A DNA stretch of 37,070 nucleotides from Candidatus Micrarchaeota archaeon (GCA_041694885.1 JBGFRX010000027.1:1-37070); one strand, 5' to 3'. Shown: positions 17,732-25,752, counted from the stretch's first letter. Made by a program: numbers and translations. The notes: a model not told the origin generated them from the sequence alone.

Positions 17732-18178
17732 GTGAAAGACATTTACGTGTTTGGAATATTGAAGAGCCGCTACTGCAAAGCAGTATTCGTGCTCTCGCTT
17801 GTCGTCGCATATTTTATCCTTCCGAGAGAGGTTTTTGAGAGCCCGCACTTCGTTTTTGGCATTGCGTTTATGCTCACGTTTGCTTTGCTGTCCACTTGCC
17901 TCGTAAGAAACGTAAAGGAGCGGCTGTTCGCGGCAAAAGCCGCTTCCGGCTCGCTTCTCGGCGCATTCGCCGCAATAGTGGGCTGGTCTGCGCTTCAGGT
18001 GTGCACCGTGAGCTGCACAGCTGGCTTCGGCGCAGCGCTGCTGTCCGCCTTTCTGCCATCCATGTTCATGCACTTCCTGATTTCTTACAGTATTCCGTTG
18101 ATTGTGATCTCGCTGCTTGCGCAAATATTCGCTATTTACCGCATGAATTGTCTTGGACCATCGAAAGTGCCAGCTTAA
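17732..18178 (+). CDS. Hypothetical membrane protein (~4 TM) with CxxxC motif
   Basis: Four hydrophobic stretches; LQVCTVSCTAG; GTG 17732 after GGGTG (GTG 17717 is an alternative start). Confidence 0.7.
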   Translation: MKDIYVFGILKSRYCKAVFVLSLVVAYFILPREVFESPHFVFGIAFMLTFALLSTCLVRNVKERLFAAKAASGSLLGAFAAIVGWSALQVCTVSCTAGFGAALLSAFLPSMFMHFLISYSIPLIVISLLAQIFAIYRMNCLGPSKVPA

Positions 18179-18264
18179 TGCAAGAGACCAATATCAGCAA
18201 ATTCGCGTATATTTAACTGCAAAATGGAATTCGTGGCGATTACGATAAACAAAAATGCGATTTT

Positions 18265-19512
18265 ATGTGCTACGCGATCCCAGGCAAAATAATTTCCATC
18301 AACGGCAACCGCGTCATAATCGATTATTTTGGCGAGAGGAAAACCGCACTTGTGCTGGAGCGGGACATGAAACTCGAAACCGGAAGCTTTGCCTATGCGC
18401 AGGGCGGCATCGTAATTGATACTGTTCCCGAAGCTGAAGCGAAAAAGATAGTTTCCTTTTGGGAAAGGAGATTCTTCGAACTGAAGAAAAAGGACGACGA
18501 ATTGAGCGAAATAAAAGAAGGAAGCGGAGCGTTCAAAAACATTTTTTCCAAAATCCGGAATTCCAAACCGTTAAGCAAAGATGAAATGAAAAAAATTCTA
18601 AATGCGAAAGGAGAAGATGCGGAAGCCCTGCATTCCTTTGCGAACGCGTTGAGAAAGGAGGAATTGAAGAATTCCTGCTGCGTGCATGGAATAATAGAAT
18701 TCTCCAATTACTGCGGTGTGAATTGTTTGTATTGCGGCATACGCGCGACGAAAAACATAAAGAGATACAGGATGAGCGAAGGGGAGATAGTGGACGCTGC
18801 GAACCGTGCAGTAAAATCGGGATTCAAAGCCCTCGTTCTGCAGAGTGGGGAAGATAAATTTTACACGCGTGAAATGCTCGTACGCATAGTGCAAAAAATA
18901 AGGATGATGGGCGTACTGGTTTTCCTCAGCATAGGTGAGCGCGACCTGAAAACATATCAGACGCTTTACGAGGCAGGCGCAAGGGCAGCATTGCTTAGGT
19001 TCGAAACCGGAAACCCTGAACTCTATGCCAGCTGGAGGCCAGGAAGGAAGTTGGAAGACAGGATAAAACTGATAAGGAAATTGCAGGAAATCGGCTATCT
19101 TGTTTCAACCGGCTTCCTCATCGGGCTTCCCGGAGAGCAGGAAAACGAGTTGGCGGACAACATCCTGCTCACGAAGCAATTGGGCACGGATATGTATTCG
19201 TTCGGACCATATATGGAAAAAGGGCACAACGTTGATCTGGAAAGATGCCTGAACGCTATTTCAGTCGTGCGACTGGTGGACAAGAGCGCAAAAATCCTCA
19301 TAACCACGGCGCTGGAAACGGTTTCTCCGGAAGCGAAGAAGGCGGGGCTGCTTGCAGGGGGCAATTCCCTCATGATTAACGTTACTCCTGAAAAATATGC
19401 GAAGCTGTATACTCTTTACCAGGGGAAATACAAGCCAACAGGAGATGAAGTGAAAAATACAATTGCGCTGCTGCATTCGCTCGGCCGCGCGCCTATGGAT
19501 TTGGGAAGATAA
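18265..19512 (+). CDS. HypC-HydE fusion: N-terminal HypC/HupF chaperone domain + HydE-like radical SAM domain
   Basis: N-term MCYAIPGKIISING...EAEAKK (HypC, Cys2); CGVNCLYC, LVLQSGED, LSIGER, LLRFETGNPELY, GFLIGLPGE, TTALETV, AGGNSLMINVTP..YTLYQGK (HydE). Confidence 0.88.
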   Translation: MCYAIPGKIISINGNRVIIDYFGERKTALVLERDMKLETGSFAYAQGGIVIDTVPEAEAKKIVSFWERRFFELKKKDDELSEIKEGSGAFKNIFSKIRNSKPLSKDEMKKILNAKGEDAEALHSFANALRKEELKNSCCVHGIIEFSNYCGVNCLYCGIRATKNIKRYRMSEGEIVDAANRAVKSGFKALVLQSGEDKFYTREMLVRIVQKIRMMGVLVFLSIGERDLKTYQTLYEAGARAALLRFETGNPELYASWRPGRKLEDRIKLIRKLQEIGYLVSTGFLIGLPGEQENELADNILLTKQLGTDMYSFGPYMEKGHNVDLERCLNAISVVRLVDKSAKILITTALETVSPEAKKAGLLAGGNSLMINVTPEKYAKLYTLYQGKYKPTGDEVKNTIALLHSLGRAPMDLGR

Positions 19513-19551
19513 AAACGCATTCTTTTATATCCAAGCTTAAATAATGCAAAC

Positions 19552-21213
19552 ATGGGCAGGAGATCCGTACTAGGCATATTATTCTCTATACTGGCATTAT
19601 TTCTGCTCGCCGGCTGCCCGCAGCAGGCAGGCAAATGCGGAGATGGGATTTGCGATGATTTTGAAAAGGCCAATCTGGATGTTTGCCCTGTTGATTGTAA
19701 TGTATCCTGTCCAGGGATAGCGCAACCTGCTCCCAACATGGTTAACGAATGCAAGGCTAAGAACGGCACTATTCAGCCCGTCTACGGCCAAGACAACTGC
19801 ATAGCCAAATATGCGTGCAGCGCGCAGGCCGCGAACGAAACTGCTGTGGAATATTACAAAAATCCTTTTGGCGCCCACCCTGCGTTCATTTCCATCAATC
19901 ACACCATGGAAAAAAACAGGAAGCAGCCATCTGAGGCAGACCTGGATTATACATATGGTTTGGATTTGGGCCTTGGATGGAACCGCCCCGGTTACTACCT
20001 CTTCTGGAACCTGATCCAGAAAACGGACAGCGATCTCGAGAACGGCAATTTCAACTGGTCCGAGAATGATTTCCTCTATGCCTCCAATCCAGAGGAAATG
20101 AACCTTTTCGTGAATATAGGCGGAATGGAAATAAGAATGACGGAGCCCCACACGTTCACATTCAAATCAAAATACTACGAGGACAAGTACACGGAATTCG
20201 TCAAGGCGGCTGTGGAGAGATACGACGGCGACGGGATAGATGACGCGCCCAACCTAAAAAACCCGGTGAAATACTATCAGTTGGACAACGAGCCTGACAT
20301 CCGCGGCCTCGCGAAAGGGGACTGGAAGGGGTATGCGAATCTGCTGAAAATAACCTATGATGCAGTGAAGTCGAGCTGCAGCGACTGCAAGGTCGCGATA
20401 GGCGGCTGGTCACAGGGCATACGAGGATGGCGCGATTTCTACTCGCCCATAATTTCCAAATTGGAGGGGAATTACGTGGACATTTTCGATTTCCATTATT
20501 TCGGCTTTGAAACGTGGAAGAGGGTACCCGAGCAGATCAAAATCATACAGCAGGAGTTCGCAAAATACGGGAAAGAGCCGGAGATATGGGTAACTGAAAC
20601 AGGCACTTATACAGGCACGCCATGCAGCCAACCACCTGGCATGAACAAAACAATATGCCTCCCATCCCAAACAGAAAAGCAACAGGCAGAATCGTTAGTG
20701 ATCCGCATGGCGTATTCACTCGCAAAAGGAGTGAAAAAAGTCTTCTGGGCGTGGAGCATTATGGATGGTCCATTCGGCGGAACGTATGAATCCGAATTCA
20801 GTTATACCGGTCTGGTTTATGGCGGTTGGGCCGGGAACGATCCTGGATACGGAGTCAAAAAACTTTCTTACTATTCTTACAAGCTTTTGATAGAAAAACT
20901 GAAGGGCTCGGACTGGGACAACGTAGAGGCAGTTGTTGACGGCATGGACAACGTTTATGTTTACAAATTCATGAAAAAGGACTCAGGAAAGCCGGTCTGG
21001 GTCGCGTGGAACGACAACACTTCTTCAAAACAAATGACCATTTCAGGCATTTCCTCAAGCCAGCTGAAAATTACCGAGGCGGTTCCGGATTACGCATCAG
21101 GAAAAGAAATAAACGATTATGGCGCTGCATTTAAAACAGAGATAAAAACAGTACAGAATGGCGAACTGACTTTTGCATTAGGCGATACGCCTGTATTTTT
21201 GGAAGAGGGATAA
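19552..21213 (+). CDS. Lipoprotein with Cys-rich N-terminal module and clan-A glycoside hydrolase-like domain
   Basis: Lipobox LAGC; CGDGIC module; YQLDNEPD (acid/base), DFHY, IWVTETG (nucleophile). Confidence 0.75.
   Translation: MGRRSVLGILFSILALFLLAGCPQQAGKCGDGICDDFEKANLDVCPVDCNVSCPGIAQPAPNMVNECKAKNGTIQPVYGQDNCIAKYACSAQAANETAVEYYKNPFGAHPAFISINHTMEKNRKQPSEADLDYTYGLDLGLGWNRPGYYLFWNLIQKTDSDLENGNFNWSENDFLYASNPEEMNLFVNIGGMEIRMTEPHTFTFKSKYYEDKYTEFVKAAVERYDGDGIDDAPNLKNPVKYYQLDNEPDIRGLAKGDWKGYANLLKITYDAVKSSCSDCKVAIGGWSQGIRGWRDFYSPIISKLEGNYVDIFDFHYFGFETWKRVPEQIKIIQQEFAKYGKEPEIWVTETGTYTGTPCSQPPGMNKTICLPSQTEKQQAESLVIRMAYSLAKGVKKVFWAWSIMDGPFGGTYESEFSYTGLVYGGWAGNDPGYGVKKLSYYSYKLLIEKLKGSDWDNVEAVVDGMDNVYVYKFMKKDSGKPVWVAWNDNTSSKQMTISGISSSQLKITEAVPDYASGKEINDYGAAFKTEIKTVQNGELTFALGDTPVFLEEG
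19604..19852 (+). repeat. 249-bp duplicated 5' gene segment, copy 1
   Basis: Aligns without gaps to 21255-21503 with 17 differences (manual count). Confidence 0.92.
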
Positions 21214-21214
21214 T

Positions 21215-22384
21215 ATGAACAAATCTGCCATCGCGATTATTGCAATTTTGCTCTTGCTCACCGGCTGCTCGCAGCAGGCAGGCAAATGCGGAGATGGGAT
21301 TTGCGACGATTTTGAAAAGGCCAATCCGGATGTTTGCCCTGCTGATTGTAATGTATCCTGTCCAAAGATAGCGCAACCTGCTCCCAATGTGGTTAACGAA
21401 TGCAAGGCCAAGAACGGCACTATTCAGCCCGTCTACGGCCAGAACAACTGCATAATCAAATATGCGTGCAGCGCGCAGGCCGCGAACAGAACTGCTGCGG
21501 AATGCGGAAATGCGTTTGGGACGTTTTTTGTTGTTCATCTGGAAGTAGGGAATTATCCGAACCATAAAGGGAAGCCGTTTTTCAATAACGGCAATACGTC
21601 GCAGTACAACTGGCAGTCGGTCTTTTGGCCCACTTTAGTGGAAATGATAAAATTAGCTGACGAATACGACGCGAAATTGACACTTCTGCTGAATCCGCAA
21701 TGGGTTGAGTTCATCGCCAGTGATGAAGAAAAATTACAAACAGTAAGGAAATGGGTAGCAAACGGCCACGAAATCGGGCTTCACCATCATGGCGCTGACC
21801 ACATTGACTGGAACGGCTTTACTGACAGAATGGACAAAAAGAACGATTGGAAGTACAGAGGAACGATGAAGGACATGAAAAATATCCTGTCAAAACTCGG
21901 CATTCAGATGACAACTGCTACCATCTCGGACAAGAAACAGGATTATGCCGCGCTTCAGGATGTTTTTATCTATGACGTTGACGGCCATTCTTCCGAAGAG
22001 GGCAGGAGGCCGCCTTACAAAGTCGACCAGCTCTGCCCTGGGCTCGAATTCACGCAACTCGGAATGAGCTTCCTTCCCGATGTTGACCAGTTGCTTGCGG
22101 AGAACAAAGAGTCCTTCAAAAAAGCGACTGAAAAAGATATATACGGGCTCGTAACGCACGAAATCGATTTCCAAAAATCCATGATAAGCCGTGGCAGGGT
22201 CTCCAATACGGTGTACAAAGAATGGTTTGATTTCGTGACGGGGTGCGGGTATAAGGTAAGAACAATCAGGGACTTGATGGACGAATACAGGAAGACCTAC
22301 CCGATTGATTCGACGTCCAATCCGATCCTGCACACTTCGGATTACCCGAACGACGCTTCAGCGAATGTGTGCGCAGAGAGGTAG
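21215..22384 (+). CDS. Lipoprotein with Cys-rich N-terminal module and polysaccharide deacetylase-like domain
   Basis: Lipobox LTGC; same N-module; VVHLE, KLTLLL, GHEIGLHHH, VTHE. Confidence 0.7.
   Translation: MNKSAIAIIAILLLLTGCSQQAGKCGDGICDDFEKANPDVCPADCNVSCPKIAQPAPNVVNECKAKNGTIQPVYGQNNCIIKYACSAQAANRTAAECGNAFGTFFVVHLEVGNYPNHKGKPFFNNGNTSQYNWQSVFWPTLVEMIKLADEYDAKLTLLLNPQWVEFIASDEEKLQTVRKWVANGHEIGLHHHGADHIDWNGFTDRMDKKNDWKYRGTMKDMKNILSKLGIQMTTATISDKKQDYAALQDVFIYDVDGHSSEEGRRPPYKVDQLCPGLEFTQLGMSFLPDVDQLLAENKESFKKATEKDIYGLVTHEIDFQKSMISRGRVSNTVYKEWFDFVTGCGYKVRTIRDLMDEYRKTYPIDSTSNPILHTSDYPNDASANVCAER
21255..21503 (+). repeat. 249-bp duplicated 5' gene segment, copy 2
   Basis: Aligns to 19604-19852. 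Confidence 0.92.
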
Positions 22385-22423
22385 GCGGAGTTCGCACATT
22401 CATCGAAGCCAAATTCCAAATGG

Positions 22424-22452
22424 TTTTAAGTTTGAGCAGGAATATTCCTGCT
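22424..22452 (+). promoter_or_regulatory. TATA-like box and perfect 18-bp palindrome directly before hydG
   Basis: TTTTAAG (22424-22430) then AGCAGGAATATTCCTGCT (22435-22452) abutting ATG 22453. Confidence 0.55.
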
Positions 22453-23823
22453 ATGTCCTTCATAAACGAAAAGGAAATAGAGGAAATGCTTTCAATTTCC
22501 GCTGGCGATACCCGTGCAGAAGAGATAATTTCCAAATCCCTCGATTTGAAGGGGCTTTCGCAAGGGGAAACAGCGGCTTTGCTGAACGTGAAGAACCGGA
22601 AAATTCTGGAAAAGATGTTCGCAGCAGCGAGGAAAATAAAGGAAATGATTTACGGGAAGCGGCTGGTGTTCTTCGCCCCCCTATACCTTACTAATTCCTG
22701 CGTAAACGACTGCCTTTACTGTAGTTTCCGCGCACCGAACAAGAATCTAAGAAGAAAAATACTCACTCCTGAGGAGATAAAAAACGAAACACTCGCGCTT
22801 ATAAAAGAGGGCCAGAAGCGCCTTCTTCTTGTGGCAGGAGAACATCCCGTCTCCTCAAATATTTCCTATCTGGAAAATGCGATAAGGGCGGTTTACGGGA
22901 CGAAGGACGGAAAAGGGGAGATACGGAGAGTGAACGTGAACGTAGCGCCCATGTCCGTAGGCGATTTCAGAAAATTAAAATCAGCTGGAATAGGCACTTA
23001 TCAATTGTTCCAGGAGACCTATCACCGCAAAACGTACGAAAAAATGCACCCTTCTGGCCCGAAAAGCGATTACTCTTACCGTTTGGATGCGATGGACAGG
23101 GCGCAGCTGGCTGGAATAGACGATGTGGGAATAGGGGCATTGTTTGGGTTGTACGATTTTAGATTCGAAGTACTTGCTTTGCTTGCGCATGCGAACTATC
23201 TGGAGGAAAAATTCGGGGCAGGGCCGCACACAATATCCGTCCCTCGTCTCGAGCCAGCGGAAGGCGCTCCTCTTGCCTCCAGCCCTCCATCTCCGGTTTC
23301 GGATTCGGATTTCAAAAAAATCGTCGCGGTTTTGCGAATGGCCGTTCCTTACACTGGGATGATTTTGTCCACGCGCGAAAAACCACCGTACAGGGATGAA
23401 ATTTTCAAACTCGGCATATCCCAGATTTCCGCTGGGTCGAAAACGAATCCTGGCGGATACACTGAAAAGGTTTCGGGTGCCCAGTTTTCTGTTTCGGACG
23501 AACGCTCTCTTTCCCAAACCGTTTCTGACATTTTGGAAGAAGGTTTTTACCCATCCTTCTGCACTGCCTGCTACCGCGTCGGAAGAACTGGCGAGGATTT
23601 CATGAAATTGGCCAAGCCCGGAGAGATAAGGAATTTCTGCACCCCTAATTGTATTCTCACTTTCAAGGAATATCTTTTGGATTACGCTTCCCCTGAATTG
23701 AGGGAGAAAGGGGAAAAATTCCTCGAAAAGGAGATGCTCGAAATAGAGGACGAAATAAGAAGGGAAATCACGAGGAAAAAGCTCGGGGAACTCGAGAACG
23801 GGAAAAGAGATTTGTATTTTTAA
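22453..23823 (+). CDS. hydG: [FeFe]-hydrogenase-type radical SAM maturase HydG
   Basis: FAPLYLTNSCVNDCLYC, GIGTYQLFQETYH, GIDDVGIGALFGL, GPHTISVPR (His ligand), C-terminal CTAC-x22-C; these features distinguish it from ThiH. Confidence 0.93.
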   Translation: MSFINEKEIEEMLSISAGDTRAEEIISKSLDLKGLSQGETAALLNVKNRKILEKMFAAARKIKEMIYGKRLVFFAPLYLTNSCVNDCLYCSFRAPNKNLRRKILTPEEIKNETLALIKEGQKRLLLVAGEHPVSSNISYLENAIRAVYGTKDGKGEIRRVNVNVAPMSVGDFRKLKSAGIGTYQLFQETYHRKTYEKMHPSGPKSDYSYRLDAMDRAQLAGIDDVGIGALFGLYDFRFEVLALLAHANYLEEKFGAGPHTISVPRLEPAEGAPLASSPPSPVSDSDFKKIVAVLRMAVPYTGMILSTREKPPYRDEIFKLGISQISAGSKTNPGGYTEKVSGAQFSVSDERSLSQTVSDILEEGFYPSFCTACYRVGRTGEDFMKLAKPGEIRNFCTPNCILTFKEYLLDYASPELREKGEKFLEKEMLEIEDEIRREITRKKLGELENGKRDLYF

Positions 23824-23908
23824 ACCTTCCCCCCCTTATTACCTTATTCATTCTATTCCTTAGTTTCCTTAATCGGAAGCGAGCCGCAAGGCGAAAAGGT
23901 AGATATGT

Positions 23909-24247
23909 ATGCATGAAAGGAACGATTTGAACGATTTAATCGGCAAGTTGCAGAAGGAAAAGAAAGGGATATGGAAGCGCACAGCAGAGCTTCTGGGAAA
24001 GCCGAGGAGGAAGCGCATCGAGGTCAACCTCAGCAAAATAGAGGTCTATGCGCCCGAGGGCTCGACCGTTCTGGTTCCAGGGAAAGTGCTCGGTGCAGGC
24101 CGCATAAGCAGGAAAGTGAGCGTAGCTGCATTTTCGTTCAGCCAGAGCGCGAGAAAGGCGATATCCGATGGCGGCTCGAAGGCGATGAGCATAGACGAGC
24201 TCTTTGCCCAGAATCCAGATGGAAAATCAGTTGTTATTTTGGTTTAA
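23909..24247 (+). CDS. rpl18e: 50S ribosomal protein L18e
   Basis: IWKRTAELLGKPRRKRIEVNLSKI, VPGKVLGAG, VAAFSFSQSA. Confidence 0.94.
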   Translation: MHERNDLNDLIGKLQKEKKGIWKRTAELLGKPRRKRIEVNLSKIEVYAPEGSTVLVPGKVLGAGRISRKVSVAAFSFSQSARKAISDGGSKAMSIDELFAQNPDGKSVVILV

Positions 24248-24253
24248 GTGGTC

Positions 24254-24673
24254 ATGATGATAATAGTTGATGGAACTGATATGGTGCTCGGCCGGCTTGC
24301 GAGCAACGTCGCGAAAGCGCTCATGCGCGGCGAGGAAGTGCACCTGATAAATGCTGAAAGGATCGTGGTCTCTGGAATGCCGAAAAACATAGTCGGGGAT
24401 TACATGCAGAAGCGCCGGCTCCAGCAGAAAGCAACTCCGGAATTTTCTCCGAAATGGCCGAAGGTGCCACATCTTCTCGTAAGGCGGGTGGTGCGCGGCA
24501 TGCTTCCCTTCAAAAAAGCAAAAGGAAGGGCCGCATTCAGGAAATTAAGGGTCTATGCAGGAAATCCAGGCATTAAAGGGGAAGCAAAGTCGTTCGGGGA
24601 CGCGAAGAGCAGTGGATTCAGGAAGTCCATGACTATAGCTGACATGTGCAGCCAGCTCGGGGCGAAGTGGTGA
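24254..24673 (+). CDS. rpl13: 50S ribosomal protein L13 (uL13)
   Basis: VLGRLASNVAK, INAERIVVSG, RRVVRGMLP; exact start (24248/24254/24257) uncertain. Confidence 0.95.
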   Translation: MMIIVDGTDMVLGRLASNVAKALMRGEEVHLINAERIVVSGMPKNIVGDYMQKRRLQQKATPEFSPKWPKVPHLLVRRVVRGMLPFKKAKGRAAFRKLRVYAGNPGIKGEAKSFGDAKSSGFRKSMTIADMCSQLGAKW

Positions 24674-24678
24674 TTCTT

Positions 24679-25419
24679 ATGACTGAACAGGAAAAGCAGA
24701 GGGAGGAAAAAGCAGCTCAGAAAAAGGAGACGAAACCGGCTGAGAAGAAGCAGAAAGGTGGCGAAGCCAGGCATGCCCATGCGGAGAAGAAGCAAAAAAG
24801 TGGCGAAGCCAAGCCGGTTCATGCGGAGAAAAAGTACGAGGCGGTCGAAAAGAAGGCGGAGGAGCGCGTTCCTAAAACCGAGGCAGCGAAGCTGGCAGCG
24901 GAAGCGCACCATGCAAAGAAAGCACCGAAAAAGCACGTTGCATCAGTTCCTGTTGCAGGAGGAGACGCGCCAACTACTGGCGCAGCAGTGGAGAAGAAGC
25001 CCAAAAAGGCGAGAAAGAAGTCCAAAGTGGCGCTTGCGAGAGGAAAGAGAAAAAGGGCCATTGCAAGGGCAGTGGTTTCGCCTGGAAAAGGGAGATTCGT
25101 TTTCAACAAGGTGCTTTTCGACGCCATTCCCAATGTTTACATACGCGAGATAGTTCGCGAGCCGCTCAACTTCCTTGGGGCAGAGCTTGCAGGAGTGGAC
25201 ATAAACGTGCGGGTGCGCGGCGGAGGCCAGATGGGCCAGGCGCAGGCGGCGCGCACAGCGATCGCGAAAGCGCTCGTGGAATATACGCAGGACGGTAGGC
25301 TCAAAGGCGCGTATCTGGAGTACGACCGCTCGCTCCTCGTGGAAGACGTGAGGAGAGTGGAGCCGAAGAAGTACAAGGGACCCAAGGCAAGGGCAAGGTT
25401 CCAGAAATCATATAGATAG
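24679..25419 (+). CDS. rps9: 30S ribosomal protein S9 (uS9) with ~110-aa N-terminal extension
   Basis: GKRKRAIARA, VRGGGQMGQAQAARTAIAKAL, DVRRVEPKK, ARARFQKSYR. Confidence 0.95.
   Translation: MTEQEKQREEKAAQKKETKPAEKKQKGGEARHAHAEKKQKSGEAKPVHAEKKYEAVEKKAEERVPKTEAAKLAAEAHHAKKAPKKHVASVPVAGGDAPTTGAAVEKKPKKARKKSKVALARGKRKRAIARAVVSPGKGRFVFNKVLFDAIPNVYIREIVREPLNFLGAELAGVDINVRVRGGGQMGQAQAARTAIAKALVEYTQDGRLKGAYLEYDRSLLVEDVRRVEPKKYKGPKARARFQKSYR
24742..24834 (+). repeat. 42-bp in-frame tandem duplication in the rps9 extension
   Basis: EKKQKGGEARHAHA / EKKQKSGEAKPVHA / EKK. Confidence 0.8.
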
Positions 25420-25423
25420 CATT

Positions 25424-25552
25424 ATAATGGTGATTGAGATGGGTGAAAAATTGCTTCATGGATGCATTCGCAATTTTTCAGATCCGTTTTGCCGCGAGGG
25501 CGGCAAAAGGTTCTCAATCACATCAGCGCAACGATAATGGTGATTGAGATGG
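25424..25552 (+). repeat. Structured insert flanked by a 19-bp direct repeat of the rpoN SD/start region
   Basis: ATAATGGTGATTGAGATGG at 25424-25442 and 25534-25552; hairpins 25444-25480 and 25487-25508; TCTCAATCAC (25512-25521) is complementary to the repeat. Confidence 0.85.
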
Positions 25553-25737
25553 AATTCCCGGTAAGATGTTTCACGTGCGGCGCGGTGATAGGTGATTTGT
25601 ACGCTGAGTACAAGAGGATTTTGCCGCAGAGCGCGGACAAGGCGCTCGATCAGCTCGGCGTTACGAGGTATTGTTGCAGGCGCATGTTCGTCTCGCACGT
25701 GGAGCTCATAGACACGATAAACAAATACAACAAATAG
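25549..25737 (+). CDS. rpoN: DNA-directed RNA polymerase subunit N (Rpo10)
   Basis: [29 protein letters not shown]; in-frame ATG 25537 is an alternative start. Confidence 0.96.
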   Translation: MEFPVRCFTCGAVIGDLYAEYKRILPQSADKALDQLGVTRYCCRRMFVSHVELIDTINKYNK

Positions 25738-25752
25738 TTTTGCTTTTTTGCA

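Larger units (their letters stand above)
2774..23870. mobile_element. ~21 kb accessory/genomic-island-like block between tRNA-Leu and rpl18e
   Basis: Interrupts the usual archaeal rpoD-(tRNA-Leu)-rpl18e adjacency; contains AT-rich defence cassettes, an IS relic and metabolic genes; no integrase or clear attR seen, so boundaries are approximate. Confidence 0.5.

Noticed and set aside
18265..19512. Annotation as biotin synthase BioB
   Set aside because: Lacks BioB YNHNL-type motifs; LLRFET, TTAL and YxxYxGK match HydE
19604..21503. Possible DGR template/variable repeat pair
   Set aside because: Differences are not adenine-specific, both copies are coding N-termini and no reverse transcriptase is present
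22453..23823. Annotation as ThiH (thiamine biosynthesis)
   Set aside because: Has the C-terminal Cx2Cx22C and GPHTIS His motifs of HydG, and no thiG/thiS is adjacent
23820..23870. Possible attR copy of the tRNA-Leu 3' end at the right edge of the accessory block
   Set aside because: AAACCTTCCCCCC is only a weak match inside a pyrimidine-rich tract; more likely terminator or low-complexity sequence
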